From: Octopus vulgaris
Taxonomy: Eukaryota
Direction of reading: 5' to 3'
Length of the DNA stretch: 64,000 bases
Assembly: GCA_951406725.2 (NCBI GenBank)
Contig: OX597819.1
Location: 74,958,001 to 75,022,000, forward strand
Position 1 is the first letter of the stretch, and the number at the start of each line of letters is the position of its first letter. The notes under the pieces were generated by a model. That model saw only the letters and a list, made by a program, of their open reading frames with translations, was not told where the DNA came from and did no database searches. The position numbers and the translations under genes are program-made. This document shows positions 1-11,599 of the stretch, piece by piece.

Positions 1-619
1 CAGAGTGGACTTAGTGCTTTTTATGTGGCACATGTACAGGTGAGGTCAGTTTTGGCAAGGTTTTTACAGTTGGATGCCCCTTCCGAACACCAACCACTTA
101 ATAGTGTAGATTGGATACTTTTAAGTGACACCTGCACTGACAGGGTCACCAAGTACTTGCACGACAACAAGAAAGCTCTTTTGAGAGGGGAGGGGGCATT
201 ATCGGAGGTGATCTTGTGTTGGATGATGAAAAGTTATAGTGAGACAGAAACAGGTGTCTTGCTGTAGAGGAGGTACAAAGTTACTCAGCCAGAAAGAGAG
301 AGATCAGGAATGAAGACAGAAACATGTGCACTACCACAAAGGAAATACATGGTTACCCAACTTGAGGGAAGAAGAGAGTGGCAGATCGCAGGATAGAGAT
401 GGTGGCAAAATGCTGGGCATACTTACAAGGAACAAGGATCAGAATATAAATGGGATGGTTGAGTAAAGGAAGAGAGATATGGATGGTGACAAGTGACAGG
501 ACATACCCTTGGGGTTCAAATACAATAAGTGGCAGGATATTGTGAAGGGAGTGTGAGTATAGTTAGCCTCGAAGGCATTTCCTTCGTCTGGTTCGTACTT
601 AAACTCTTATCGAATTCCC

Positions 620-1060
620 CAATGTGTGTCTCGGGGAGGCTTTCTAAATCTTCAAAAGAAGCCTGCACCAAGATCTCCAGAGTTTGCGGGGCGTCTCTGG
701 AGAACTGGATAATATTTATTTTTTTTCTTCCTGGCCGAAGAGAATAGTAGCTGCAATCCACGCCGCCCCCACCTCTGGCGGTATATTTTTAATTTTAATT
801 CGAGAAGTTCTTCTGCCCAAATATAAGGGCAGAAGTAGAATATTCCCGCTTTGCACGATTCGAATCTAGAAGTCCTTAGCCTTCTCAGCCGACTCGAATC
901 GTGCTTCGATTGTTGCGAACCTTGAACCTCTTGCCAGTATTTGATTTCGTTTAACATTGGCCCGAGGCATCTTTCAATAGTAGATTCTTCCAGATGCTCA
1001 AACTTTTTTCTCTGAGTTGAAGGATTTATATATAATAGTTTTTTTCTTGTCCGTGTTATC
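620..1060 (-). mobile_element. Tx1/L1-type ORF1 (gag-like) fragment, copy 0, frameshifted
   Basis: Minus-strand translation gives ..ARGSRFATIEARFESAEKAK..LLPLYLGRRTSRIKIKNIPPEVGAAWIAATILFG..TLEILVQAS, homologous to the other ORF1 copies in the window. Stops and frameshifts are present. Confidence 0.7.
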
Positions 1061-1089
1061 AGCTCGTTTGGTGGTGTTATAGTACATTA

Positions 1090-3358
1090 AGTCGGCTAGG
1101 TTGCAGAATCGTCAGCACGCCGTGTGTGATGTTTCACGTTTTTTCGTCTATGTAAGTTGAATGGTTGGCGGTTGTATTTGTGTAATTGTTTTGGATTTTT
1201 GCTGTTCGCAGCGGTGGTGTTTTTGAGAAATGGCAAGAAGGAACAGGTATTCTGACATCAGTGAGTCGGACCTGTCGACTTCGGAGGAGGAACTGGCGAG
1301 AGCGGTCAATAGACTGGATATGGCGTTGGAAGGAAGAAGGAGCTTTGCAGGAGCAATGAAACCAACAAGCAAAGAGGTTGACCATGCTAAGTTACTGGAT
1401 GGCCAAAAATGGGTGAAAAAGGTAGGCGGTGACGTAGAATTGTCTCTGCCAAGGAAAACGATGAAGGTTTTTGAAAGGAAAAACATAACGTACAAGGTGT
1501 TTAAAACTGATAAAAGAAAAATGGAAACAGTTGGAATGGAAATCGTGGGGGAGGCATTAAGGACAACAGCAGAAAAGGTAATATTCCTGACACGAGGGAA
1601 TAAATATGGTACTGTTGTTGTGCAGTTCGAGTCGGAGACAGTCGCTAGAAGGATGGCAGCAAGGACTATCAGAAGAGAAAAGTATTCCTTCTGCCCTCGT
1701 ATCTTGGCAGGAAGACGTCTAGAATCAGGGTGGAAGGAATCCTGCCCGTCGTAGAAGCTGAATGGGTAGTAGCAGCCATCCTCATTGTCAATGAGGATAA
1801 GGTGGATATACTGCAAGCTACGATTACGGGTGAAGGAAACTGGAAGGGAGGAATATTAGAGATGAGCATCCAAGCGGAAACTGAAGTCCTGGAGCGCCTG
1901 ACGGAGGTAATCACGTTGGGAAACATAAGTCTACGAGTATGGGTGGAGGGCAGAGCTCCTCGATGTTTTAAATGAGGCCTGAAAGGCCACATAAGAGCTA
2001 ACTGCCCTCTACCAGCGAAGGAACCCATAAAAGAGATAGAAGATACCCGGGAGCTGCAAGAGGAACAGAGAGAGACAGAAGAAAAGATAGAAAATAAAGC
2101 AGAATGGGAAACCAATGGTAAAAAGAAGTTATAATGAGTCCCAACCCACTCCAGCACCACCCACACCCTCTTCGTCCCATCCTTCCCCTGCAGACACAAA
2201 ACCTACCCACTCCCTGCCAACAAGAAAACAAAAAATAGACACACAGAACAGCTTTCAAAATTCCCCTCCAGTTATAAGTTTATTAGACAAGGAAGAAGAG
2301 GAACTGTTGGAAATATTGAGGGACTGGGGTAAAGTTGAACTGCCGGATAGTTGAGATGAGGAAGGGTATGCGGAGGTGCTTTTTACGGAAAAACAAGTGA
2401 GAGAATTTGAAGATGAACTGATTAAAGTATTTGGGTTAATAAGAAAGGAGATAGACTCGGATAAGGAAAAAGAACTAGAAAAAAAAACGGTACGGGGTGA
2501 AAAGAAGAGACTATGTATTTTTCAGAAGACTGTAAGAAGGTTGGTAGAAGATAGGAATGATGATGGCCTGTGGGAGACTCTGGGCTTCGATGAAAATCAG
2601 TTAGCCAGCCTGTTCCGTAGAACGTTCAGGCCAGGGTCTTTGGATAACTTGTAGAGATCTCTGACCTGGCAATGTTTCCGAGGTGCGTTACCCGTTCGCG
2701 ATAAACTCGCAAAGCATGGTGGCTCCTGTTCACCCTTGTGCCCAAGATGCGAGCAGGACAGGGATACCGTTCTGCACGCGATTGTGCAATGCCCAAAAAA
2801 TACAGAAATGTGAGTTTACGTTGAACATCTGTTGTCACGACAAGGAAGAGTACAACTGTTTTCCGTATAGATCATAAAAAATGTTCCCTCTTCCTCCTTT
2901 GACAAAGGTAAGGCTTGTTTTCTCACTGTAGTAACTATAGCGAAAGAGTTAGTGTGGAAAACCTGTGTGAAAGGAATCGTGACAGGCACTTTCATTTCCA
3001 GCCTTGGGTTGGTGAGGTTTCCTACTTTCCATTTGAGAACGAAAATAAGGGTGAAGGAGTGCCTGTCTCCGGATGTATATAAGAATGATGTATATATAAG
3101 ATGGAATGATGTTGCAGGAATGGTGAGAGTGAATGATTCCGCATAATAATGTCCATAAAGTTTTTCAAAGGTCGCAGTAGCGGATCGGGGATTGCGGGGC
3201 CAAAGCAGAACCCGCCCCCCACTTCATTGTGTTACTGTTTGTCTTCGTCATTCTTATATATAAATTTTTATTTGATTTATATTCATAATTGTGTTTATCT
3301 CGGCTCCTGTCCTTTGTAATGTTCCTTCTATGTTTGGCCCCTTGTGGACAATAAAGAA
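1090..3358 (+). mobile_element. Internally deleted Tx1-like retroelement: ORF1 (1230-~2540) plus ORF2 C-terminus (~2540-3146) plus 3' UTR
   Basis: ORF1 pieces at 1230-1754, 1730-1975 (VEGRAPRCFK*GLKGHIRANC zinc knuckle) and 2376-2540. These are followed by RRTFRPGSLDNL*RSLTWQCFRGALPVRDKL..CPRCEQDRDTVLHAIVQCP (zf-RVT-like) and WKTCVKG..FHLRTKIRVKE..RWNDVA. Ends ..gccccttgtggacaataaagaa. No EN or RT. Confidence 0.85.
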
Positions 3359-3359
3359 T

Positions 3360-4530
3360 TAAGAGAACATTTGAAAAGAAGAGAGCGTATCAGCTTTTAC
3401 CTGATTGTTGTGTGGAATATCAGTGAGTGTCTAGAGTAACTTTTGTTATTATTTATCTGTTACATCCTGTTTGTTGAAAAACTGTGATAACTGCGCGTGG
3501 CAGTCTTTTTGTTATTATTCCCCCTTGTTTGAAGGGGGAATTATTGTTTTGTGAATTTAAATTAACGCGGCATTTAGCCTTTATTTAGTGGGGCAGTTTG
3601 TCCAACTCTTTCTGTGAGGCGTAAGCCTAATACATCGTTTCAAAAAAAGAAATGTGTGACTCAATAGATTCTGAACAAAGCAAAACTAGACACAGCAACA
3701 ATGATAATGTCACTGACATCCCCTGAGAAAATTAATTTTGCCGCAGCGGTAGATATTAAAAGAGGAATCTTAACACCGACCTTACCAAGATCCTAAAGTT
3801 CAAAGTAATGTTGAAAAAGGAGGGTCTGGTAGTGCAAGTAGCCCCTCCCAGTGAAATAACACAAGCAACAAACACAACCAGTGATATATAAGACGTGCAT
3901 AATTAAAAGTAAAAGAATCGTCAAAGCAACAAACCAAGCAGTGGAAAAGTGCCTAGGGCCAATTTTGTCTGATATCACTTGCATAACTTGGGTTAAGAAG
4001 TTCGGCGCCGTAGAGTGAGATCTGTAACAGAGGTAAAAAGCAAAGTTTCATTCGACCAATACCTTAAAAATGGACGAATTCTTCTATCCATATACTTAGG
4101 AAGAAGAAATTCAAAAATAAAGATCAAAGGCATACCACTCGAAGTCGACCCAAATTGGCTGGTGACAGCTTCGATTATGGGTTGAAAGGACAAAATCCCG
4201 ATCCTCCAAGCAACAGCGTTTGATAACCAAAATTGACAGGGAGAAGGGCTTGAGATGGCTATTTAAGCAGTCCCTGTCGATTTAGAAGAATTGGCGGAGA
4301 TAATTCAGATTGGCGAAACAAGACTCATCGTAACGGTAGAGGGGAAGAAGCCGTGCTGCTTTAAATGTGGCAAAAAGGGCTACATCAGAGCAGAATGCAA
4401 ACCTCCCCCAGAAGAGAAAGGAAAAAAGATTGCCCCCACCACCAACTACGGAAGAAGAGGAGGATATACCAACAAAAGCAATAATTGACGAAACGGAGGA
4501 AAATAATACACCCCGCTCCCCTGAAAAGGT
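3360..4530 (+). mobile_element. Tx1/L1-type 5' UTR plus ORF1 fragment, copy 2
   Basis: NFAAAV.., IYLGRRNSKIKIKGIPLEVDPNWLVTA and TVEGKKPCCFKCGKKGYIRAEC (4291-4488 ORF). Several stops; 3' truncated. Confidence 0.8.
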
Positions 4531-5459
4531 AACAACGACTTAGTCTATTTTATACTTTGTTCTGGCAAACCTTACAAATATCGTTAGTGACAAACAGTAT
4601 CGGCTTCTAGTCCTTGTCTTGAGCAATAGTGGTATAGAGATCTGCTGCATCGGTAACTTAATATTCCGTACAAAAAAAAAAAAAAAAAAAAAATCACAAA
4701 ATTTTAAAAGTGATAACTCGTTAGATAATGTAATCAGAGAGAGGCTAAAAACAAAGTGGAATGGTCATAGTTAGAAAGCCCTCGATCATGCGTCTGCTCG
4801 AGCAGAACTAATTTCTGGTTAAACAGTAAAGCGTTTTACAACCTTCGCACCAGCCACAGAAGTAAACGCCTGGAGGAGATAATTACTCAAGATAAAAACC
4901 CCACTTCAATGAAATGTAGAAAGCAATTCAACGAATTAGACATTGACTAAAATGGTAGCAATATAATCTGACATTGAAGAATTAGTGCTACTGCTGCTTC
5001 TAACCAAACGGTTATTGATTAGCAAGAATTGGATAATCAGAAAATGTAAAAAAAAAACAGAACAAATTTGGAAGTATCAGTAGGTGTCCTGACAGAATTA
5101 CTACAATTGCCAATACGATCGTTAATATTTGCACAAAGATAGTATAGATGAGCGGTGTTGCCGATTAGTTGACAAGGTCCAGTCCTTGTTACTACGTGCA
5201 GGTGTGTGTGCCTCAATGAGCCTGAGAGCTATGCCAGGGAAGTGCAAGCTCCTGGTAGGACAAATATGCTGGGTAGAGGCCAGACAAATATGGACCAAAT
5301 TCTCTCCAGAAGTAAAAAAAAAAAAAGTCACAGAAGCGTCGATGACAATTGAAAACCAAAAAGAGAGCCTTCCTTCAGGGGAGAAACATGACAGTGTGAC
5401 AAAACTCGAAAGGTTTCCTAAGCCACAGCTTAAAATCAAAAACCAAAATCTTTCATTAC

Positions 5460-5690
5460 ACGTTAGGTCCTGACCTGGAACCCATAAAGAGGTGGGAGAG
5501 GGGGACATCCCCTCCACCACCACAACAAAAACAAATACCTGGAGGAAGGATATAGATGCAGAGCTGGAAAGGCAGGGCCCCAACTGGAGAGAAGCAGGAA
5601 AGGTAACACAGAGCCGAGAACTGTGGAGAAAAGTCGTCGATGGCCTAAGTTCAATACGGAGTAAAGGGCTAAAGAAAGTTATCGATTAAT
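5460..5690 (+). mobile_element. RTE-clade LINE C-terminal fragment
   Basis: LTWNP..NTWRKDIDAELERQGPNWREAGKVTQSRELWRKVVDGLSS matches the typical RTE ORF C-terminus (W-NP..R-TWR..AQDR..WR..V.GL). Confidence 0.7.
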
Positions 5691-6618
5691 TAGGCTTCAA
5701 TGCTTGATAGGAATTTATTTTGTCGCTTCTTGGAATAAAAGAATTCGGTAACGAAAAAGCTATTTCCATTCCACCTTGATTATAAAGTTAGAAGCCGAGA
5801 TGCATGAAGGAAGTTCCGTTTTTTTTTATTTTCAGAAAAATTTCACTCTAATATAGTTATCTTCGAGAATGAAAATATAGACATCCAAGTTACGGAACCT
5901 GTGTTCTTCAAAATTCACCAGGTTGTAACGTGAAACCTATTTTTCCTTCGATTTCCATGCTATAAATTGAGAGCTGTGCCGACGGAATTTTTCCCGAAAA
6001 TAAATGTAAATATTTTTGCCTGTATGAATGAAAAAAGTTATAAACAGTTCATTTTGTAAGCCTATAAGAAAGAAATACAGTAACATCGTATTCGACTATT
6101 TTGAGATCTAGCATTTCAAACCAAGCCATGCAGTCAACATATTTCTACCAGTGCCTACCTCAGATCTGTCTTCAATGCTTCAACTCAACAATATAAGAAA
6201 AACAAAAAAAACTAAACTGCTATAACTGATCCTTAGAATGACTAGACATTAAATATACTTAACGAACTGTAAACTGAAGTAGTCAGAGAATAACCACTAG
6301 CTAGTGAAACGGCAAGAGTGACTGACAGTGAGAGGGATAAATATCACAAGCAATGAAACATTTGGAGAATTTCCAAGGACAAGCAAACTAAAAATCTAGT
6401 ATACAGTATGATCTTTAAAAGAAGCCATCAATAGCAACCGTCCATTATTTGATTTACAGAACTGAAATTTTCTAGTGGATAAGATTTTATACAACCGGAC
6501 ATATAGTTTGACCGACTTCAATAAAAGCAAAATCCAAATCAAGAACTGTTTTATTCTTATATAAATTCCTGATATACGTCAGAAACTAATATGTATAAAG
6601 TCAAGTAACTAAGTGTGA

Positions 6619-6619
<1 letters not shown>

Positions 6620-6670
<51 letters not shown>
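6620..6670. repeat. (TA)n microsatellite
   Basis: Direct reading. Confidence 0.95.
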
Positions 6671-6672
<2 letters not shown>

Positions 6673-6679
6673 TCAGACG

Positions 6680-7480
6680 TCTGAGCTTATATCTATCCTT
6701 TCTAAACATTTTTGGAAAGGTCTTTATTCCTGCTCCTCTGCGCCACCTGATGGCGACCAAAATAAAAGCTTAGAAACCGGTTGGTTCTCTAGTTTGTGAC
6801 AAAGGTCAGCAAAGGGCAATCTTCTCTGTCGAATGGTGTGATAGCCGTGGAAGCCCTGTTGGTTATATGATCTTTCCAACTGGTGTTAAAAATTATTCTC
6901 AATAGCTAGTATATAATCCATCAATTTTTATTTTTAAGTTTCATGTTATAGTCCAAGTTACCGAGTTGTATCGCAGAATACGTTCTACACATGCGCTTAA
7001 AAGTCTAAGTTTCAGTTTTCTGTCCATGTTAGACTTCCATATTTTGTCCAGATTATTTATTGCAGCCCATGCAAATCCTTTCCTTACATTAAAATCATTC
7101 TTGCCTAAATATTTAAATTGATCCACCCGGTTAATGATTTGACCATTAAAAGATTTTACGTCTGTTTTTCTTGCATTAAGATGTAAACCAATTAAATTCG
7201 CTGTATGTTGAATACAATGTAATATATTCCTCGCTAGCTGCCATGATTCATTGATCAGTGCAGTGTCGTCATAAGCCAAATCGTATCTAGTATCTCTAGA
7301 CACTTGGTCTCCCTTCTAAGTTCTATAACAATTCCATGGTCTCTAGAGATTTTAAATACTTCTTTCAATAAATAAGCCAGAGCGAAAATGGAGCTGATGT
7401 ATCACCTTGAAATATACCTGCAAAAATACTGAAAAATAGGTTTTGTCATCAGAGGTTATCACCTGGGCTGTGTTTTCATA
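6680..7480 (-). mobile_element. RTE/RTEX-like LINE, RT C-terminal half
   Basis: YENTAQVITSDD..AGIFQGDTSAPF..DLAYDDTAL..IGLHLNARKT..VDQFKYLG..RKGFAWAAINNLDKIWKS..ACVERILRYNSVTWT (ORF 6941-7303). Confidence 0.85.
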
Positions 7481-8540
7481 GTTGCGAGATCGATCGAGTG
7501 ATACTGGTAGCATGAGCCCAGTGCAATCTGTTGCATAGTTGGGTCATCGGCGACTAAACCGGTAACCCCATCAAGCGTTCTTAGTGAAGATTTTTAGACA
7601 CTGAAAAAAATCAAGATGGGGCAAAGAAATTTGGGAGAATTAACGGCCATCCCGTATAATATCTAGAAGATAACATTAAAATCTGCAAGGCTAGACGGTG
7701 CTCAATAGTCGTAGTGAAGACAACCGATCTAGAAGGAAACCTCTGAAATAAATGCCATTCAGCGAGGACTTTCAACCAGCTGATACTATTCTTGCACACA
7801 AAAAGTTATGACACTAAAAACACTAGGGTAAAAACCCTCTAGCAATTCTAGATTTCTTGAAAATTGAAAGGATAAATTTATTGTCCAAATTATGACGTGC
7901 CATCCCAAATCCAACTGGAAAGGTGGTCATTGATGTTAATTCTTTATAGAAATCTAGAAAACTTAAATTGCAATAAAACGTATTCAGTGACAACACAATG
8001 CTCACGCAATAACAAAAGATTCCCGCATAAATGAATTTCTAATCTCAGCAATAGAGCATAATTTAGATATTGTACACGTTCAAGATAAGCTCATACAAAA
8101 AGGTATAAAATACTATCAGCTTAACTCAGATTTTTACACTCATTACATCGTCGACTATAAAGAACTCCAATGCTACAATTGGTGGTATTGGTTAACTAAG
8201 TGCTTTCTTCCGAAGACTACCACTGCTTTCATGCTTTCGCACCAGAGGGGTATTAGCTTAAACTATTGCATCAAAATTATATGATAAGCTGATACTAAAT
8301 ATTATACAAGCATGTATAGACCCTTTACTGAGCTGGACTTAATGTGGTTTTCAAAAATCATGCTCCACTATCAAGCATTTTAGTTCTAAGGAGAATCATC
8401 GAGAGTTTGAAAGAATTTGCCATTAGCATTAATATTCATTATTTTTCAAAAGATATTCGATTCCACACATAGAAAAAGAATGTTCCAAATTCTTGAAGCA
8501 TATGACGCACCACCTTTTAAAAGTGAATGCAATATATTCA
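7481..8540 (+). mobile_element. RTE/RTEX-like LINE, inverted 5' half (5' region, EN remnant, RT N-terminus)
   Basis: EHNLDIVHVQ and SSTIKNSNATIGGIG (APE N-terminus), then RGISL..KLYDKLILNIIQACIDPLL..CGFQKSCST..LRRII..IFDSTHRKRMFQILEAYDAP. Confidence 0.75.
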
Positions 8541-8559
8541 TAACTGAGAATGGAAAAGT

Positions 8560-9955
8560 GATATTGCAGTTGTCCTTGTACAGTTGATTTCATTGCGTGT
8601 TACGGTTATTTATATTTATTATCAAAAATCTATTGTTGAATTACTGTTGATTTTTGTTGCAAGTTTTCCCTTTTGGGACGACCTTAGTTGATAAATTGTT
8701 TAAGAACGGTTAGTGTCTTGCGACATATTGTTGGCCTTTACAGGCTTGTTTCCTGCTGTTTTCCCCCGTTTAGCGGCGAATTGTTTACATTTTGTATAGG
8801 GTGTTCCTAAACAAAATGAAAGACGATATGTACGAGCTCTGAAAGAGCGACGGAGACTCGGGATGCACCAGTGATTCAAGAGAAAGCACGGAAGGACATG
8901 ATTGAAACGGTTCAACATCAAGCCGGGGGCTATAAAGAAATTTCAAACAATTTTTTGCTGAGAGGGAGCTAACGTAAGGTTAGCTCCCCACAAAAGGACG
9001 CTGTCGCTGAAGACTAAAAAGATAAAGATAGCGTCCTTAGAAAGCATTGAAGCCTATTATGTACAAACTAGCATCTGTGAGACGTGGAAGGAAATATGGT
9101 ACGGTGAGGCTCAGATTATAGCTGAGAATGATGCCAGGGTCTACTTATCCTGCAGACCAAAGAACTGGCTCTTTTGCCGACATACTTCGGCATAAGAACA
9201 AAAATAACGATAGAAGGGTTCGCATCAGAAATTAAACTGACATAGCTCCTGGCAGCCGCCTTCGCCAACAAAGGAGGTGACACTTTGGGAGTTTGAGGAG
9301 AGAAGTGTTCAGAATTGGTGTGGCAGAGGCTTAAGAGTAACTATTCAAGCCATACCAGCAGACATTGATGATATACCGGAATTCGTAATTTTTCCGGATG
9401 AAACGAAGTTAAAAGTCACCGTGCAGGGCAGAATTCGGATGCGGACAGAAGGGGTACATAAGAAAAACGTGCCCCCAGGCCCTACAACTTGAAGCACAGG
9501 GAGAAAGTCAAGAGGAGGTCAGTGTGCAACAGGAGAAAAGGTGAAGAAGAGGTCCCAGGGGAGAAACAGGAGGAGGTGATAGAGAGAGAAATGGTCACGA
9601 CAAAAGATGACACACCGTTAACATCAACGTCTTCAGAGGTAAGTAATAGTGAAAAGTTGCTGGGCGGAAAAAGGAAAAAAAAAGAAGAAAAAAAATCGCT
9701 CGTTCTCTCCCTCCCATAAAAAAAAGTGAAAAGAAAAGAAATGACAAAAACTGTAGTGACTTCAAGCAAAGTAAAAATAACTTTGAAAATTTATGTACAT
9801 TGTAAAAAATGTTTAATGATATTACCTGGGTCGTGGGGCCCGGTAACAGTCATTTCATCTTTTTCCGAATATAATCATTTTTTAAAATTCGATTTTACCC
9901 CACTTTGAAATGTTCTATACAGTCCCCTCTATTTAGTACCTTTGTGAATAAAGAA
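8560..9955 (+). mobile_element. ORF1-only Tx1-derived element, copy 3
   Basis: RRGRKYGTV, LLPTYFG, NWCGRGLRVTIQAIP..FPDETKLKVTVQGR and a Lys/Glu-rich tail. A short 3' UTR ends gtcccctctatttagtacctttgtgaataaagaa. No ORF2. Confidence 0.75.
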
Positions 9956-10499
9956 TCAGCGGTTGACCTCGTTTAAGAAAAACAATTGCTTTGAGTTTGT
10001 GGTGAGACTAAAGTGATCGTAGCGTTTCCAGAATATTCCACCTCACCCGCCGAAACCTTTCAACAGATAAATGACGATTCAAATATTTATAAAATTTAAA
10101 TAGTGCAAGCCACTTGCGGATTTCTTATCGATTTGCCGTGCCTATCTCCCACTGTCTTCTAGTGTACTGTTCCAAAATCAGTCTAAATTTTGTACTAGCT
10201 ATGGCGAAGTTTGCTTCTATTTCGTCGTTTGTCTGATGTGAGATACAAATTCTTTTGTTGAAAGGTAGGGTTGTTGGATAAATGCGATTCATATCGTACG
10301 ACATATCACATTGATTGAAAAATAGGATGTAAAGCGGGTTAGTGTCATATCTGTTGTACTATTTTCTATCCTATCATTTCCCTAGTTACTATCTCCTTGG
10401 CTGTTTGTTGTTGGTGGCGGTGATGTTTCTATATGTTCTATTGTTGTCAGTAATGTGTTGTTGGTTTGCACGTTTTCATCTTTGTTTTCGATGTTGCTG

Positions 10500-11560
10500 T
10501 CATAGTTACGATTATTGTTATCAGTCTTTATTACTATTAGCTTTCTCATTGTAGGTGTCGCTGTCGTTACTAACGTTACTGTTGTCTTTGTCACTCCAGC
10601 CGCTGCTGGTGTCATCGCTGGTTCTAGTGGTGTTGGGGTTTGTGATCTGTGTATCTTTCGTTCTGTTGACCTTCTCTCCGTCCTCATTTCTTTTACTGCA
10701 TCGTTGTGTCATTCTGTATTTCTGTGTTCGTTCTTTACAGTAGCGTTGTCGTTACGTAATGGTACGTTACGTTATTGTCCTTCCTAATGGTACCAATATT
10801 TGGTATGTTGACCTTCCTCTCGCCAACATGATGTTGTTCATGCTGTTGCAGCAGTTTGTGAAGTTACTGTTATGGTGCAAACCAACAAGCAGTCACGATG
10901 GCAACAACATAAACGAACACACAAAGAAACAAGAATACTAAAGTAAGGGTCAAGAACAGCAGCAGCAGCAGCAACAGAAAGGAAAATGTAGGCGAGGGTC
11001 AACATACCAAATATTGGTACCTATTTCTTTACTACCCACAAGGGGCTAAACACAGAGGGGACAAACAAGGACAGACAAACGGATTAAGTCGATTACATCG
11101 AACCCAGTGCGTAACTGGTACTTAATTCATCGACCCCGAAAGGATGAAAGGCAAAGTCGACCTCGGCGGAATTTGAACTCAGAACGTAACGGCAGACGAA
11201 ATACGGCTACGCATTTCGCCCAGCGTGCTAACGATTCTGCCAGCTCGCCACCTTCAACATACCAAATATTGGTACCATTAAGAACAACAGTAACGGTAAC
11301 AATAACGACACTAAAGAACGAATACAAAGACAAGCACGAAAAACTAAGGGCCCAGAATAGCAGCAGCAGTAAAAATGAGAACGGAGAGGTCAACAACGAA
11401 AGATACAAAGACCACAAACCCGAACACTTGAACCAGCGATTACACCACCACCACTAGCTGGTGTGACAAAGACAACAGTGATATGAATGACGATACCCAC
11501 ACCTACAACGAGTAAACTACTAGTAACAAGACTGCTAACAATATTCATAGCTGTAAGAAT
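10500..11560. repeat. Imperfect inverted duplication (arms ~10500-10835 and ~10985-11560, right arm interrupted by a SINE)
   Basis: taatggtaccaatatttggtatgttgacc pairs with ggtcaacataccaaatattggtacc, and actgttgtctttgtcactccagc pairs with gctggtgtgacaaagacaacagt. Confidence 0.85.
11022..11253 (-). mobile_element. SINE family B (tRNA-like head, Meta-like core), young, 23-bp TSD
   Basis: Full-length copy. The TSD tcaacataccaaatattggtacc lies at 10999-11021 and 11254-11276. Confidence 0.9.
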
Positions 11561-11599
11561 AACGATAATAATTGGGATGGTAATGACAACAACCATGAA

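Noticed and set aside
1-520. ORF 25-267 as a protein gene
   Set aside because: No recognisable domain. The ggatgccccttcc..ccaaccac motif looks like a decayed retroelement 3' end, but it is too degraded to call.
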